From: Candidatus Harrisonbacteria bacterium
GTDB taxonomy: Bacteria > Patescibacteriota > Minisyncoccia > UBA6257 > 02-FULL-45-10c
DNA length: 47,862 nucleotides
NCBI GenBank assembly: GCA_016214655.1
Contig: JACROC010000007.1
Span: 80,785 to 128,646 of the forward strand
Direction of reading: 5' to 3'
Within the stretch, counting starts at the first letter, position 1. The number at the start of each line of letters is the position of its first letter. The position numbers and the translations under genes were made by a program. Of this stretch, positions 1-9,706 are shown piece after piece. Below the pieces are notes generated by a model that worked only from the letters and a program-made list of their open reading frames with translations, searched no databases and had not been told where the DNA came from.

Positions 1-482
1 GCGGCGCCGGCTGCCAGACTGACAGCGCTACTGCTTGCGGCCCACTCAAAAGCCGTGTTTTCTTTATCTAAATGCCGTGTGGCTATAGCCGACCAAGACG
101 GAATATACAGCGCAAAGCCAATGGCTTTTAAAAATTGGACGAAATAAATCTGATTCATTGTTCCCGCCACCATAAAACTGAAAGCGGCAACGCTCATAAT
201 CATCAACCCGAAAATCATCGCATAAAAATCATCTTTTTCTCCGTCAGTCTTATCTAAAAATAGAGAAATCGGAATCTGCAGAATACCCTTAGTAACCCAG
301 TAAATCGTCGCCAAAAGACCAATTGACGTCAAGCTGGCGCTGGTAATATTTCGGATGACGAAAATCGAAAAAATCGGGTCAATAAATCCCCAACCGGCCC
401 ACATAATCAAATCCCCGATAATAAAATATCGGATAACCCGGTTGATTTTTGGTATTGAAATCGAACTAATTTTAAATAACAT
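1..482 (-). CDS. Polytopic membrane transporter (MFS-like), C-terminal part cut off by left window edge
   Basis: Absent from the ORF track because it has no in-window stop. Hand translation of the minus strand from ATG 482-480 gives MLFKISSISIPKINRVIRYFIIGDLIMWAGWGFIDPIFSIFVIRNITSASLTSIGLLATIYWVTKGILQIPISLFLDKTDGEKDDFYAMIFGLMIMSVAAFSFMVAG... It stays open to position 1 and has several hydrophobic helices. Its start overlaps the stop of the upstream Clp-like gene by 11 nt. Confidence 0.5.
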   Translation of the reverse strand, partial: MLFKISSISIPKINRVIRYFIIGDLIMWAGWGFIDPIFSIFVIRNITSASLTSIGLLATIYWVTKGILQIPISLFLDKTDGEKDDFYAMIFGLMIMSVAAFSFMVAGTMNQIYFVQFLKAIGFALYIPSWSAIATRHLDKENTAFEWAASSSAVSLAAGA

Positions 483-3003
483 GAAAATTTAGCTCTCCGC
501 CTTCTAATTTTACCGTTATATTACTTCCCCGGATAACTTCTTTTTTTAATATTTTTTCCGCTAAAACACTTCTTAATTTATCCGAGATAACTCCCCGGAG
601 AGGCCGGGCGCCGAAAACCGGATCATAGCCCCACTCGGCAATTTTATTCAAGCCAGCCTCATCAATAGCCAATTCAATGCCTTGGTTCTTCTTTAAATCG
701 CCGATCAGATCATTTAATAAAATCCGGGTAATCGCAATGGTATCCTCCCTAGACAGACTCTTAAAAACAATAATATCAGAAAAACGGTTAATCAACTCCG
801 GGCGGAAAAGTTCAGTCAATTTTTTCTTCAGATTTTCACTGACTTCTTGCATGCTTTTTCCCGCCTCAATCTCCGATTTAATAAAATTGGAATGCGCGTT
901 GCTGGTAGCAATAATAATGGTATTTTGAAAATCCGCCACCCGGCCGGTATTATCAGTCAGCCGTCCGTCATCAAAAACCTGCAAAAACAAATTCAAAATA
1001 TCCGGATGGGCCTTTTCAAACTCATCCAGCAATATCAGGCTATAAGGATTTTTCAGAACCGCATCGGTTAAATTACCGCTCACATTACCGTCCGGAGAAC
1101 CGATAAAGCGAAAAATACTCTGCTTATCCTGATATTCCGACATATCAAAACGGATCATCGCTTCTTTTGAACCAAACTGAATTCCGGCAAGAATCTTGGA
1201 TAATTCAGTTTTACCGACGCCAGTCGGTCCGACAAATAAAAAGGTGGCTATCGGCCCCCCTTTTCTGGAAAGGCCGCTTCTATATTCTCTAAGCGATCGC
1301 GAAACGGCTTTAACCGCCTGCTCCTGATCAACTAACCGCTTATGGATCAGCTCTTCTAAATTTAATAATTTTTCAGCTTCCGCCTCCTTAGCCTGGCGCA
1401 AAGGAATATTTACCCGTTTTTGCGCCACATCAATTACGTCATCCGCATTTAATATCTTATCGTCCTTATCTTTTGCATCCGAAAGAGCTTCTTTAAGCAA
1501 ATCCTGAGCGCTGGAAGGCAACAATTTATCGCGAAAATAACGGGAAGCAAGAAATACGGATTGCTTAATGGAGGCAAAACTGATTTTGATATGGAATTGG
1601 CGTTCCAAAATTATACTCTCATATACCATAAGACGAATTGTGTCATTGACAGAAATTTCCTGTACTGGAATTACCTCAAAAGCTTTGGAAAAATCTACCT
1701 GCGACTCGACGGTTTGTTTATATTCTTTTGGATAAGTAGATCCGACGACCGAAAAAGCGCTTGAGGCAAAAGCCGGTAAAAATATATCAGCAGCGCTAAC
1801 GCCGGTTTTACCGGAAGTCTTTAATAAATTATGAATTTCTGGGATGTATAAAATAATGTTTCCGGCCTGCGCTATCTCCTCGACTATTTTGGTAATCCTA
1901 GTCTGAAGCTCACTCTGTTCCGCCCCGGCCATCAGACTGCCGATTCTCAGCATAACCAATCTTTTGTCAAAAAGTTCCGATGGCACCTCATCTTTAGTAA
2001 TCTTGTAAGCCAGATGATTAACCAACGCCTCTCTCCCGGAACCAGGATCTCCGATTAAAAGCACATTGGGACGAGAGGGGCGCGATAAAATATCTACCAA
2101 TCTGTCATATTCAATCTCGTGGCCAATCAAAAAACCAATCTTCTCCAGCCGCGCATAGTCAGTCAAATCTTCGCTAAATCTATCTAAAGTAGGAGTTGGG
2201 CGGGCGCTCCAGGAACGGTTCATAACCCGATGGCGAATTTTATACGGCCGATAAACAAATCCTCCAATGGTTGCCGGTAAATTTTTAAGCCAGCCGAAAT
2301 TTTCGCGATAACGGCTGAAGATCAAAGCATTTTGTAAATCGCCGGGATCAATATTAAAAAATTCCAATATTTTCAAAACTGCGTTGCTTTCGCAATAACT
2401 TAAAGCAGCGAAAACATCTTTCGGTTCAATAAAGCGATTGTCCGCAAGTAAGGCCTGTTCAAAAGCAATTTTCAAAATTTTCTCAATTTCCACCAAAAGA
2501 TGTTTTTTTCTTTCTTGTTTATCGCCTGCAAATTTCTTTTCTTCCAAACTCTTTTGAAGTTCTTCTTCAACTTTATTGGCTACTTCTTCAGGATTAAGAT
2601 CCATCCTTATCAATCCTTCTTGTATGTCTTTGCGATCAACTAAGCGTTTTAAGAGAAATAAATAAAAATTTCCGTCGGTAAGTAGTGCGCGTTCAAATGC
2701 ATATTCCAAAAGCATAAAAGTGACCGAAGTGATGTATCGGGTTAAATTAATGTCGCCCCTAAATTTAACTCCCCGCAAAGACCACTCAGCTTGCCCGAAA
2801 TGTTTTGCGCGATCAGTTAAAATCAATAATAGCAGCACACCGGTCCAAAATACCCACGATATATCCGAAAGCAAAAAGGTAAAAGTTGCCGCCAGCAACA
2901 AGCCATAAGTAGAATAAAAAACTGAACGCACAAAAAACCTCCCGGCGTGGGTCATTTCCAGGCGGGGATCCTTAAAATATAAATTGATCTCCGGCCCGCT
3001 CAT
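472..3003 (-). CDS. Membrane-anchored Clp/Hsp100-family double AAA+ ATPase (ClpB/ClpC-like) with degenerate first nucleotide-binding domain
   Basis: 843 aa. N-terminal hydrophobic helices (FFVRSVFYSTYGLLLAATFTFLL, WVFWTGVLLLLIL). NBD1 aligns to ClpB, but Walker A reads GDPGSGRE (Lys to Arg, Thr to Glu) and Walker B reads ILYIPEIH (Asp to Pro). NBD2 is canonical: GPTGVGKTE, LILLDEFEKAH, IIIATSN, GARPLRGVI. Confidence 0.85.
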   Translation of the reverse strand: MSGPEINLYFKDPRLEMTHAGRFFVRSVFYSTYGLLLAATFTFLLSDISWVFWTGVLLLLILTDRAKHFGQAEWSLRGVKFRGDINLTRYITSVTFMLLEYAFERALLTDGNFYLFLLKRLVDRKDIQEGLIRMDLNPEEVANKVEEELQKSLEEKKFAGDKQERKKHLLVEIEKILKIAFEQALLADNRFIEPKDVFAALSYCESNAVLKILEFFNIDPGDLQNALIFSRYRENFGWLKNLPATIGGFVYRPYKIRHRVMNRSWSARPTPTLDRFSEDLTDYARLEKIGFLIGHEIEYDRLVDILSRPSRPNVLLIGDPGSGREALVNHLAYKITKDEVPSELFDKRLVMLRIGSLMAGAEQSELQTRITKIVEEIAQAGNIILYIPEIHNLLKTSGKTGVSAADIFLPAFASSAFSVVGSTYPKEYKQTVESQVDFSKAFEVIPVQEISVNDTIRLMVYESIILERQFHIKISFASIKQSVFLASRYFRDKLLPSSAQDLLKEALSDAKDKDDKILNADDVIDVAQKRVNIPLRQAKEAEAEKLLNLEELIHKRLVDQEQAVKAVSRSLREYRSGLSRKGGPIATFLFVGPTGVGKTELSKILAGIQFGSKEAMIRFDMSEYQDKQSIFRFIGSPDGNVSGNLTDAVLKNPYSLILLDEFEKAHPDILNLFLQVFDDGRLTDNTGRVADFQNTIIIATSNAHSNFIKSEIEAGKSMQEVSENLKKKLTELFRPELINRFSDIIVFKSLSREDTIAITRILLNDLIGDLKKNQGIELAIDEAGLNKIAEWGYDPVFGARPLRGVISDKLRSVLAEKILKKEVIRGSNITVKLEGGELNFHVI

Positions 3004-3356
3004 AAATTAGTAAAAATTTTATAAATTACATAAATAGGGACTGCGGCCCATAATATATATACAGACGCGGACAGAAAAATTATAACTGCATACACAATTA
3101 AACTGATTAAAATCCGCACAGTCCTAAAGGTAAAACCCCAAAGATAACCAATAGGGGTGTAATCTTGGTAAAGCGGCTGAAACCAATTTTTCATTGTAAT
3201 TCTCAACGCAAAATACCTATCCAATTTCTCCAAGATATTATAAGTCCAATGAACTATCCTTAAAAAACCATTAATATACCAATGCCCGAAAAAACCCAGA
3301 ATCCTCTTCCCGAGATGGGTAAAAATATAAACCAAAGAAACACTATTAATCTCCAT
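3000..3356 (-). CDS. Small hypothetical membrane protein
   Basis: 118-aa ORF whose stop overlaps the start of the downstream Clp-like gene by 4 nt (operon-like). C-terminal hydrophobic helices (ILISLIVYAVIIFLSASVYILWAAVPIYVIY). No family recognised. Confidence 0.45.
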   Translation of the reverse strand: MEINSVSLVYIFTHLGKRILGFFGHWYINGFLRIVHWTYNILEKLDRYFALRITMKNWFQPLYQDYTPIGYLWGFTFRTVRILISLIVYAVIIFLSASVYILWAAVPIYVIYKIFTNL

Positions 3357-3363
3357 TATTTAA

Positions 3364-4632
3364 TTATAGCTCAGCGAGTCTTTTCCTGTCTTGCTCATCA
3401 AATATCTTAATTACCCCAAACTCACCGTCATAACCCGGCTGAATAGTTAATTTACCTTTTCTAACCCGATCCACTCCCTCGGCAATTTCTGGCCTTGAAG
3501 CAAAGGCAATCTCTTTAATAGGCGCATTAAGTAAAATATTAAATTCGGATTTAAACATTCTAATTAATTTTTGATATTCTTTCATCACTGATTTTGTCGC
3601 CCTTCCGACATCCAGCGCCTCGCCGATAATTGAATCCAAAGTTACCAAATTTTTATAAGGAACCCGGCTTAAATCTTTAAAGCCTTCCGGCCGGTCTTTT
3701 TCCGCCAGTTGATCCACCCGGTAAACCACGCCAATCGTCAATTTCTTGCCGCATTTCGGACAAATGCCTTTATGCTTTTTGGTTTCGGCTGGGGAGAATA
3801 CCACTCCGCAGTCGCGATGGCCGTCATAATGATATTTTCCTTCTTCGGGAAAAAATTCGATCGTGGACAAAAATTTCTTCGGGTCCCTGGAGCGGATAGC
3901 ATCCATAATTCCTTTATATGAAAATTCAGTATCTAAAACATTGGCTTCTCTGCCGATCCTTTGTAAGCTATGAGAGTCTGAATTAGAAATAAAAGCAATC
4001 TTATCCAAACTCTTTATACGCCAGTTCATAGCCGGGTCAGAAGAAAGACCGGTTTCAATCGCAAAAATATTTTTTGAATATTCGCCAAAACATTCCTCCA
4101 AAGAATCAAAACCGGACATTGAACCAAACACTGAAAACCACGGCGTCCAAGCATGCGCCGGAACAATAACCGCTTCCGAATTGGAATTAAAAACTATTTT
4201 TGCCAACTCTTCGGAATCCAAACCTAAAATCGGCCGGCCATCAGAAGCTAAATTGCCGATAAATCCAAGTTGGGTATTCACTTTTTCCGCAGTTTCAAAA
4301 TCCGGTACAAAAACGATATTATGGACACGCCGCATTTTACCACCACGGGAATAAATGCAGGAAATCTCCACCGACAGCAAAAAACGCGTATCGGCAAAAG
4401 TTCCTTTCAATGTTGGCAGTTTATATTCTTTCTTAAGCTGGAAAAGTCCCAATTCTGCCGGTTCTAACTTCTGCTTCAACTCCTTAAACCAAGCTGGATG
4501 AGTAAAATCACCAGTGCCCATCACCAAAATCCCCTTATCATCCGCCCAGCGATCCAACTCTTCCAAAACCATATTTTTAGATACAGCACGAGAATATTTA
4601 GAATGAATATGTAGGTCGGCTATAAATTTCAT
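3364..4632 (-). CDS. PHP-domain protein of the endonuclease Q-like (TIGR00375-type) family
   Basis: 422 aa. N-terminal PHP metal motif ADLHIHSKYSRA, later His/Asp clusters (PAHAWTPW, SNSDSHS) and a CPKCGKK zinc-ribbon-like element. Length and motif order fit EndoQ-type PHP proteins as I recall them. Confidence 0.65.
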   Translation of the reverse strand: MKFIADLHIHSKYSRAVSKNMVLEELDRWADDKGILVMGTGDFTHPAWFKELKQKLEPAELGLFQLKKEYKLPTLKGTFADTRFLLSVEISCIYSRGGKMRRVHNIVFVPDFETAEKVNTQLGFIGNLASDGRPILGLDSEELAKIVFNSNSEAVIVPAHAWTPWFSVFGSMSGFDSLEECFGEYSKNIFAIETGLSSDPAMNWRIKSLDKIAFISNSDSHSLQRIGREANVLDTEFSYKGIMDAIRSRDPKKFLSTIEFFPEEGKYHYDGHRDCGVVFSPAETKKHKGICPKCGKKLTIGVVYRVDQLAEKDRPEGFKDLSRVPYKNLVTLDSIIGEALDVGRATKSVMKEYQKLIRMFKSEFNILLNAPIKEIAFASRPEIAEGVDRVRKGKLTIQPGYDGEFGVIKIFDEQDRKRLAEL

Positions 4633-4660
4633 TAGTTATTAATATAGCACCGTAAACCAA

Positions 4661-4686
4661 AATAAAAAACCGGGTATTGAACCCGG
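4661..4686 (-). terminator. Rho-independent terminator after the ceramidase-like gene
   Basis: Stem 4670-4675 (CCGGGT) pairs with 4681-4686 (ACCCGG) around a 5-nt loop. On the minus strand it is followed by the T-run complementary to 4661-4669. Confidence 0.55.
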
Positions 4687-4696
4687 CCTTGTTATA

Positions 4697-6028
4697 TCAA
4701 TCCATTTTGGGCGCTGCTAATCCCTGCATCGCACCGCGTATCTCCTCTCCAAATTTCGGACCCACCGACATACTAGCATGATATTTATGTTTTCCCGATT
4801 TTACGTCTTCCGGAAGTAAAATATATCCGAACTCGCCATTAGTCAGTCCAAAAATCATTTTTGGATTGCCATGTATTTTCGGCTTAACTTGCCACCAAAT
4901 TTTTGGAAATAATTCTCCCGGCACAGTTAATATTTCCGCCGGACCAATCTGAATCTTTCCGACTTCCGCCGATACCAATCCATTCTTGCTTAAAAAATTC
5001 GGTACCATTTTAGTTTTAACGGCAAAATAGAGTTCCTGCTTATTTTCAAAAGGAGCTTCGATCTTTATCTTCTTTAATTTGATATCAGTAAAACTTGGAA
5101 TAATGGGGCTCTTCATGATACGCACAATAGCATCAGCCAAATCCTCGCCCAATTTCTTTACGAAATAAGTTTCGCCTTCCAAATTTTCAGGTGGCTGTAC
5201 TCCGCCGATGGCCCCGGGAATAAATATAACCTCTCCGCCGATAAACCTAGCCAACCGCTGTTCCAAAAAATTTGGGAAGTCTTTGGAAATCTGCAAACCC
5301 TGAACAACATCGGGATGGCAAGCATAATTTACCAAGGTTACCGGCATAGAAGAAACCAGCACCTGAATTACAAAAACCTCTGCATCGGCCGGGTTTTCTT
5401 CGCGTCCATGCGCATAACCCCTAAATTCTCCTTGTCCGAAACGTATCGTCGATCGCTGCAAGCTCGCAACTGATTCGTCGATCGATTTAGCAATCGCGGC
5501 GCGAACCAGTTTCATATATCTCTTATTCTTACCGCTAGTCATTGGAATTCCCCAAAGACCCAAAGTATCCGGCCCGGAATGAGTATGCGTGGTGCTTATA
5601 AATATCTTATCTCTGTGGACCAACCTCACTTCGTCAGAAATTTTATTAATCTCATCAGGAAACAATCCAATCAAATCACAGGATACGATAACCACGATAT
5701 TTCCATTTTTATCTTGAAGCGCCAAGCTTTTTACCCATAGCCGATCCTTTATCGAAAAAGCGGGGTGAGGAGGATAATATCCGGCCACCCAAGAAAATCT
5801 CGGCGGAGTGATATCCTGCTTAGAGAAGCCGGCCTTGATCGGACTGCCAAAACTTGAAAAATCGTATTTTATAACCCTTGGAGAAAAGGTGGTTGGTTCC
5901 GGAAAATTTACCAGCCACATTAGAACATGCCAATGCCGGCTCAATAAAATAAAGGTTAAAAGAACACTGAATAAAGGAAAATAGACCAGGACGCGCTTAA
6001 TCAGCCACCACCGCTTTCTAAGCATCAC
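4697..6028 (-). CDS. Neutral/alkaline ceramidase-like hydrolase (N-terminal-domain family), membrane anchored
   Basis: 443 aa. N-terminal TM segment (VLVYFPLFSVLLTFILL) and an STTHTHSGPD motif typical of the neutral ceramidase superfamily. Confidence 0.6.
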   Translation of the reverse strand: MMLRKRWWLIKRVLVYFPLFSVLLTFILLSRHWHVLMWLVNFPEPTTFSPRVIKYDFSSFGSPIKAGFSKQDITPPRFSWVAGYYPPHPAFSIKDRLWVKSLALQDKNGNIVVIVSCDLIGLFPDEINKISDEVRLVHRDKIFISTTHTHSGPDTLGLWGIPMTSGKNKRYMKLVRAAIAKSIDESVASLQRSTIRFGQGEFRGYAHGREENPADAEVFVIQVLVSSMPVTLVNYACHPDVVQGLQISKDFPNFLEQRLARFIGGEVIFIPGAIGGVQPPENLEGETYFVKKLGEDLADAIVRIMKSPIIPSFTDIKLKKIKIEAPFENKQELYFAVKTKMVPNFLSKNGLVSAEVGKIQIGPAEILTVPGELFPKIWWQVKPKIHGNPKMIFGLTNGEFGYILLPEDVKSGKHKYHASMSVGPKFGEEIRGAMQGLAAPKMD

Positions 6029-6081
6029 TCTTTTTTAGTTTTCAAACTACAGAATCAGGGTATAAGAATAATGGACTGGTG

Positions 6082-6993
6082 TCAAAAATATCTGACCTCC
6101 TCCTCAAGATTAATTCCAAATCTTTTTTTAACTCGATCCTTCAATATTTTCGCCATTTTCTTTACATCAGCCGCTGTTGCATTTCCATTATTAACGAATA
6201 AGTTCCCGTGGAAATCGGCAATTTCAATTCCACCGCAACGCATTCCTTTTGCGCCAACTTGTTCAAGTAAATAACCGGCAGGAATCTTCCCTTCTATTAT
6301 TTTATTTTTGTCGATTAACGCTAAAGGTTTCTTTGAAATATCTTTTACTAATACATTTTTAAAGAAACTCCCCGGGCACCGGAGGCCGGGTTTATATTTT
6401 TTAAGCCGAGTTTGAATAATATCTTGAGAAATTTTCTTGAGCTCTTGCGCATTTCCTTTCTTAAATTTAAGCACTGCCCGCAAAACTACATATGGCTTTT
6501 GTTTTAAAATGCTTTCGCGATAACCAAATTCACACTTTTTATTTTTAAGCCAACATGTTTTACTATCATCTAAAATCTCAACTCCGTTCACCACTTCCGA
6601 AATCGAATGCCCATAAGCGCCGGCATTCCCGACAATCGCACCACCCAATGTTCCCGGAATTCCGGATAATGTTTCTAATCCAGATAACCCATTTTTAACT
6701 GCTAAATTAATAACTTTCGCCAATTCTACACCGGCATCAGCAATAATTTTATTGCTTTCTGCTTTTATCTTATTGCTTTTAATCCTTATAAGTAGGCAAC
6801 TTAAATTTGTATCCGGAAAAACCACGTTGCTTCCGCCGGCAATAATCTGATAAGGGACTTTAAGTTTTTTACCCCAATTAATTACTTCTAAAAGCTCTGA
6901 ATCATTTCTAACTTCGCAGAAATATTTAGCTTTATTGCCAATTTTAAAAGTAGAAAGCCCAACAATGGATATATTACGCTTAATCTTCACCAT
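6082..6993 (-). CDS. murB: UDP-N-acetylenolpyruvoylglucosamine reductase
   Basis: 303 aa. FAD-binding-type N-terminus (IIAGGSNVVF), YRESILK and PGSFFKNV motifs characteristic of MurB. Confidence 0.9.
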   Translation of the reverse strand: MVKIKRNISIVGLSTFKIGNKAKYFCEVRNDSELLEVINWGKKLKVPYQIIAGGSNVVFPDTNLSCLLIRIKSNKIKAESNKIIADAGVELAKVINLAVKNGLSGLETLSGIPGTLGGAIVGNAGAYGHSISEVVNGVEILDDSKTCWLKNKKCEFGYRESILKQKPYVVLRAVLKFKKGNAQELKKISQDIIQTRLKKYKPGLRCPGSFFKNVLVKDISKKPLALIDKNKIIEGKIPAGYLLEQVGAKGMRCGGIEIADFHGNLFVNNGNATAADVKKMAKILKDRVKKRFGINLEEEVRYF

Positions 6994-7414
6994 TTAGATA
7001 ATGACGCGAAAGTAAAATTGCGATACTGGGCAAAATTAACATTTGAAGAAGCGGTGATAAGCCGATACCGAACAGGAGAGGCATCGTCCCCGTATATGCC
7101 CATCGACTATACATATATACCGAATAATACTCAATAATTCCTTGCCAAAGCGGTAAGGCCATCGACAATATTATCCAACCGCTATTAAAAGTTTTAACCC
7201 ATTGCCAATTTCTTATCAGAAACCCAATTAACAAATATGCCACCACAACCACCAGGGCGTCTTTTAAGGAAACTTCCCAATGAATTTTTACAAAATCATT
7301 ATAATTATCCAGCGATCCCATACCCAACGGACTATAAAACCTCATCTGGCTGATCTCCCAAGCAAAATTAAGGAGAGAACTGATGAAAAATAAATCAAGT
7401 AAGAATTTTATCAT
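6980..7414 (-). CDS. Hypothetical integral membrane protein
   Basis: 144 aa with 4-5 hydrophobic helices. Its stop overlaps the murB start. No family recognised. Confidence 0.5.
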   Translation of the reverse strand: MIKFLLDLFFISSLLNFAWEISQMRFYSPLGMGSLDNYNDFVKIHWEVSLKDALVVVVAYLLIGFLIRNWQWVKTFNSGWIILSMALPLWQGIIEYYSVYMYSRWAYTGTMPLLFGIGLSPLLQMLILPSIAILLSRHYLNGED

Positions 7415-7423
7415 ATATCCCCG

Positions 7424-7460
7424 CGAGGAATTCCTGCCTGCCGGCAGGCAAGGAACCTCG
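7424..7460 (-). other. GC-rich long hairpin immediately 3' of tRNA-Arg (processing or termination structure)
   Basis: CGAGG..TTCCTGCCTGCC/GGCAGGCAAGGAA..CCTCG is a near-perfect palindrome centred at 7442/7443. It lies 9 nt downstream of the tRNA 3' end on the minus strand. No T-run follows. Confidence 0.4.
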
Positions 7461-7469
7461 ATTACCTTG

Positions 7470-7541
7470 TGCCCTCGGACCGAATCGAACGGTCATCACC
7501 TCCTTCGGAGGGAGATATTCTATCCATTGAACCACGAGGGC
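7470..7541 (-). tRNA. tRNA-Arg (anticodon CCG)
   Basis: The reverse complement reads GCCCTCGTGGTTCAATGGATAGAATATCTCCCTCCGAAGGAGGTGATGACCGTTCGATTCGGTCCGAGGGCA (72 nt). It has a 7-bp acceptor stem, a D arm GTTC/GAAT, an anticodon stem TCTCC/GGAGG with loop CTCCGAA (anticodon CCG), and a T arm GACCG-TTCGATT-CGGTC. CCA is not encoded. Confidence 0.9.
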
Positions 7542-7561
7542 ATGACAAAAATAAGATAAGA

Positions 7562-8086
7562 CTATTTACCAGAAAATTCAACTATAGCTAGGGCGACATC
7601 TCCGGGCGCCTTATTAAAAGAAGTTTTCGTTTTCACGCCGTTGAAAGTGCTCCTGATTTTCTGAGCCAGCTTATTGGCGAGCTCATTTTCCGTAACTGTT
7701 ACCGATAAATCACCGTCTTCTTTTTTAATTGCAATTAATCTATCCATCGGATCCCGGTCATAGGCGCGTTTGCAAAATCCCTCTATTAAACCAATTAATT
7801 CGCTCCGTAATTTCTCTGGAATATTCTTGATAAGCACCCTTCCCTCATACTGTTTGTTTTTAACCATAGTACAGGCCGGGCACAACGTAAATCCGACCGG
7901 CACATCCTTATTTTCACGCTTCTCAATATAAGCATCGGCACTGTGATGCCAGGCTTTCAAATAATAAAAATTACTGCACTTTTCGCAAATCAATAAACCC
8001 CTCTTACCCCTTCCGAATTCCTCAACTTCATGCTGGGATTTTGGTAATTTAACTTTACTGTAATTTGATCTGAAAGTTTTAGACAT
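7562..8086 (-). CDS. BCAM0308-family / NMD3-like zinc-ribbon protein
   Basis: 174 aa. Two CxxC pairs (CEKC, CPAC) followed by a conserved-looking C-terminal domain (DRDPMDRLIAI...LSVTVTENELANKLAQKI). Confidence 0.45.
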   Translation of the reverse strand: MSKTFRSNYSKVKLPKSQHEVEEFGRGKRGLLICEKCSNFYYLKAWHHSADAYIEKRENKDVPVGFTLCPACTMVKNKQYEGRVLIKNIPEKLRSELIGLIEGFCKRAYDRDPMDRLIAIKKEDGDLSVTVTENELANKLAQKIRSTFNGVKTKTSFNKAPGDVALAIVEFSGK

Positions 8087-8088
8087 AC

Positions 8089-9213
8089 TTATATTATAAA
8101 ATAAATAATTGCAATAAAAAATATCATTAAAAGCGTTGGGATGCTGGCACGGGTTATATTTCCAACTAATACCCGCGGCATACTTGCCATCTTATCCGCT
8201 TTCAGCCACATGAAAATTATGAAGATGCTTTCCAGCGGCAAAAATATCGATCCAACAAAGGTTACGGCCTCTATAAAATTTTGGAAACCCGACATATATA
8301 AACTTATAGGAATAATGGTTATCAAAATACGGCTTAACCAGCCAGACAAAAAAAGATCGTATTCTAAAATCCTCCTGGCATTCAAGCCAACTACTATATA
8401 AGAACTTATCAGTGATAAAAATCCTAAAATACCCAAAAGCCGTAAAACTACATCCGGCACTTGGCCAACTAATCCGGAAACCGCATCTTCGGAAACCGTT
8501 ACGGATAAGCCCAAAATCCCAAAAACAAATACTAAATAGGCAGCCGCCGGCAAAACCGCGCCAGCAATTAGAGATTTTTTTATAAAATTAATGGGTGCGG
8601 CGGATTCCCGAAAATAGCTTATCAATTCCGGCACAGCCAACGAGCCGGACAGGGCAAAAAGAATCGGGCCGGCAACTAATAATTTAGAAAGGTCCAATTT
8701 TCCCCAGTAATTAAAAACAGGCGATGAAAAATCGGTCAAACTGAATCCAAAAATTATCGCAATAATAAAAACTATTCCAGCAACGATTAAAAATTCCAAT
8801 AGGGCAATTCTTCTAGTGTTAAATAAAATTATCAAAGAACCAAATAACCAGAATGCCAGAAGCTGGTGAAGATAATTATCGCCGACGAATAATTTGGAGA
8901 AGCTCGGAGCTAAAATTAAATAGATAGTTAAAACAAAAAACGATTGGATTAAGCCGATTAATAAAGAAATCCAAAATCCGGCGTTACCTAAATACTTTTT
9001 CGCATATCCGACAAAACGATGCTCTCCCTCCGTCCTCAAAATCAAATCAGTATATAAAAAATAAATGAAAATATAAACCGAACTAAAAAACAGCAAGTAA
9101 AATAAGCCGGTTGATAAACCAGCCTCTTTAAAAACAAACGGCAGAGAAAACATCCCCGCCCCGATAATGGTACCCGCCAAAATACTAGCCGGCAGAATAA
9201 TCCTGGAATACAT
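8089..9213 (-). CDS. Amino-acid permease-like transporter (aromatic amino acid/Trp-Tyr permease type)
   Basis: 374 aa with about 10-11 TM helices. The N-terminus AGTIIGAGMFSLPFVF resembles amino-acid transporter signatures. Confidence 0.55.
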   Translation of the reverse strand: MYSRIILPASILAGTIIGAGMFSLPFVFKEAGLSTGLFYLLFFSSVYIFIYFLYTDLILRTEGEHRFVGYAKKYLGNAGFWISLLIGLIQSFFVLTIYLILAPSFSKLFVGDNYLHQLLAFWLFGSLIILFNTRRIALLEFLIVAGIVFIIAIIFGFSLTDFSSPVFNYWGKLDLSKLLVAGPILFALSGSLAVPELISYFRESAAPINFIKKSLIAGAVLPAAAYLVFVFGILGLSVTVSEDAVSGLVGQVPDVVLRLLGILGFLSLISSYIVVGLNARRILEYDLFLSGWLSRILITIIPISLYMSGFQNFIEAVTFVGSIFLPLESIFIIFMWLKADKMASMPRVLVGNITRASIPTLLMIFFIAIIYFII

Positions 9214-9247
9214 GATAATTATTTAACTGGAAAATATTAGGGGTGAT

Positions 9248-9706
9248 TCAATCTATGTCCTTTCTTTCTTCTTTTGCGAATCTCTTCACAAATTTCCGCT
9301 CAATGGGCCACAAAATTGCAAATACCAGAATAGTCAGCACGGTTGTAAAAATACTAACGGTATACATATGAAAACCAAGCGCCATTCCGATTGCCGAAGC
9401 TACCCACACTCCCGCGGCAGTAGTCAAACCCTGAACCCTTTCACCGTGAAAAACTATCAAACCCGCCCCTAAAAAACCGATGCCAGTCACAATTTGAGCT
9501 GCTATCCTAGTTGGATCGATATAAGGACCGCTCAACGCTTGGGAAATTATAGTAAAAAGAGTTGATCCTAAAGCCACCAAAGCATGGGTTCGCATGCCAG
9601 CGGATTTATGCGCCAACTCCCGTTCTACGCCAATAGCAGAACCCAAAAGAACAGCAAAAAATAATTGTCTGAAAATTTCTACTGTTTTAGGATCAAAAAA
9701 ATCCAT
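9248..9706 (-). CDS. mgtC: MgtC/SapB family membrane protein
   Basis: 152 aa. GVERELAHKSAGMRTHALVALGS matches the MgtC family core. 4-5 TM helices. Confidence 0.8.
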   Translation of the reverse strand: MDFFDPKTVEIFRQLFFAVLLGSAIGVERELAHKSAGMRTHALVALGSTLFTIISQALSGPYIDPTRIAAQIVTGIGFLGAGLIVFHGERVQGLTTAAGVWVASAIGMALGFHMYTVSIFTTVLTILVFAILWPIERKFVKRFAKEERKDID

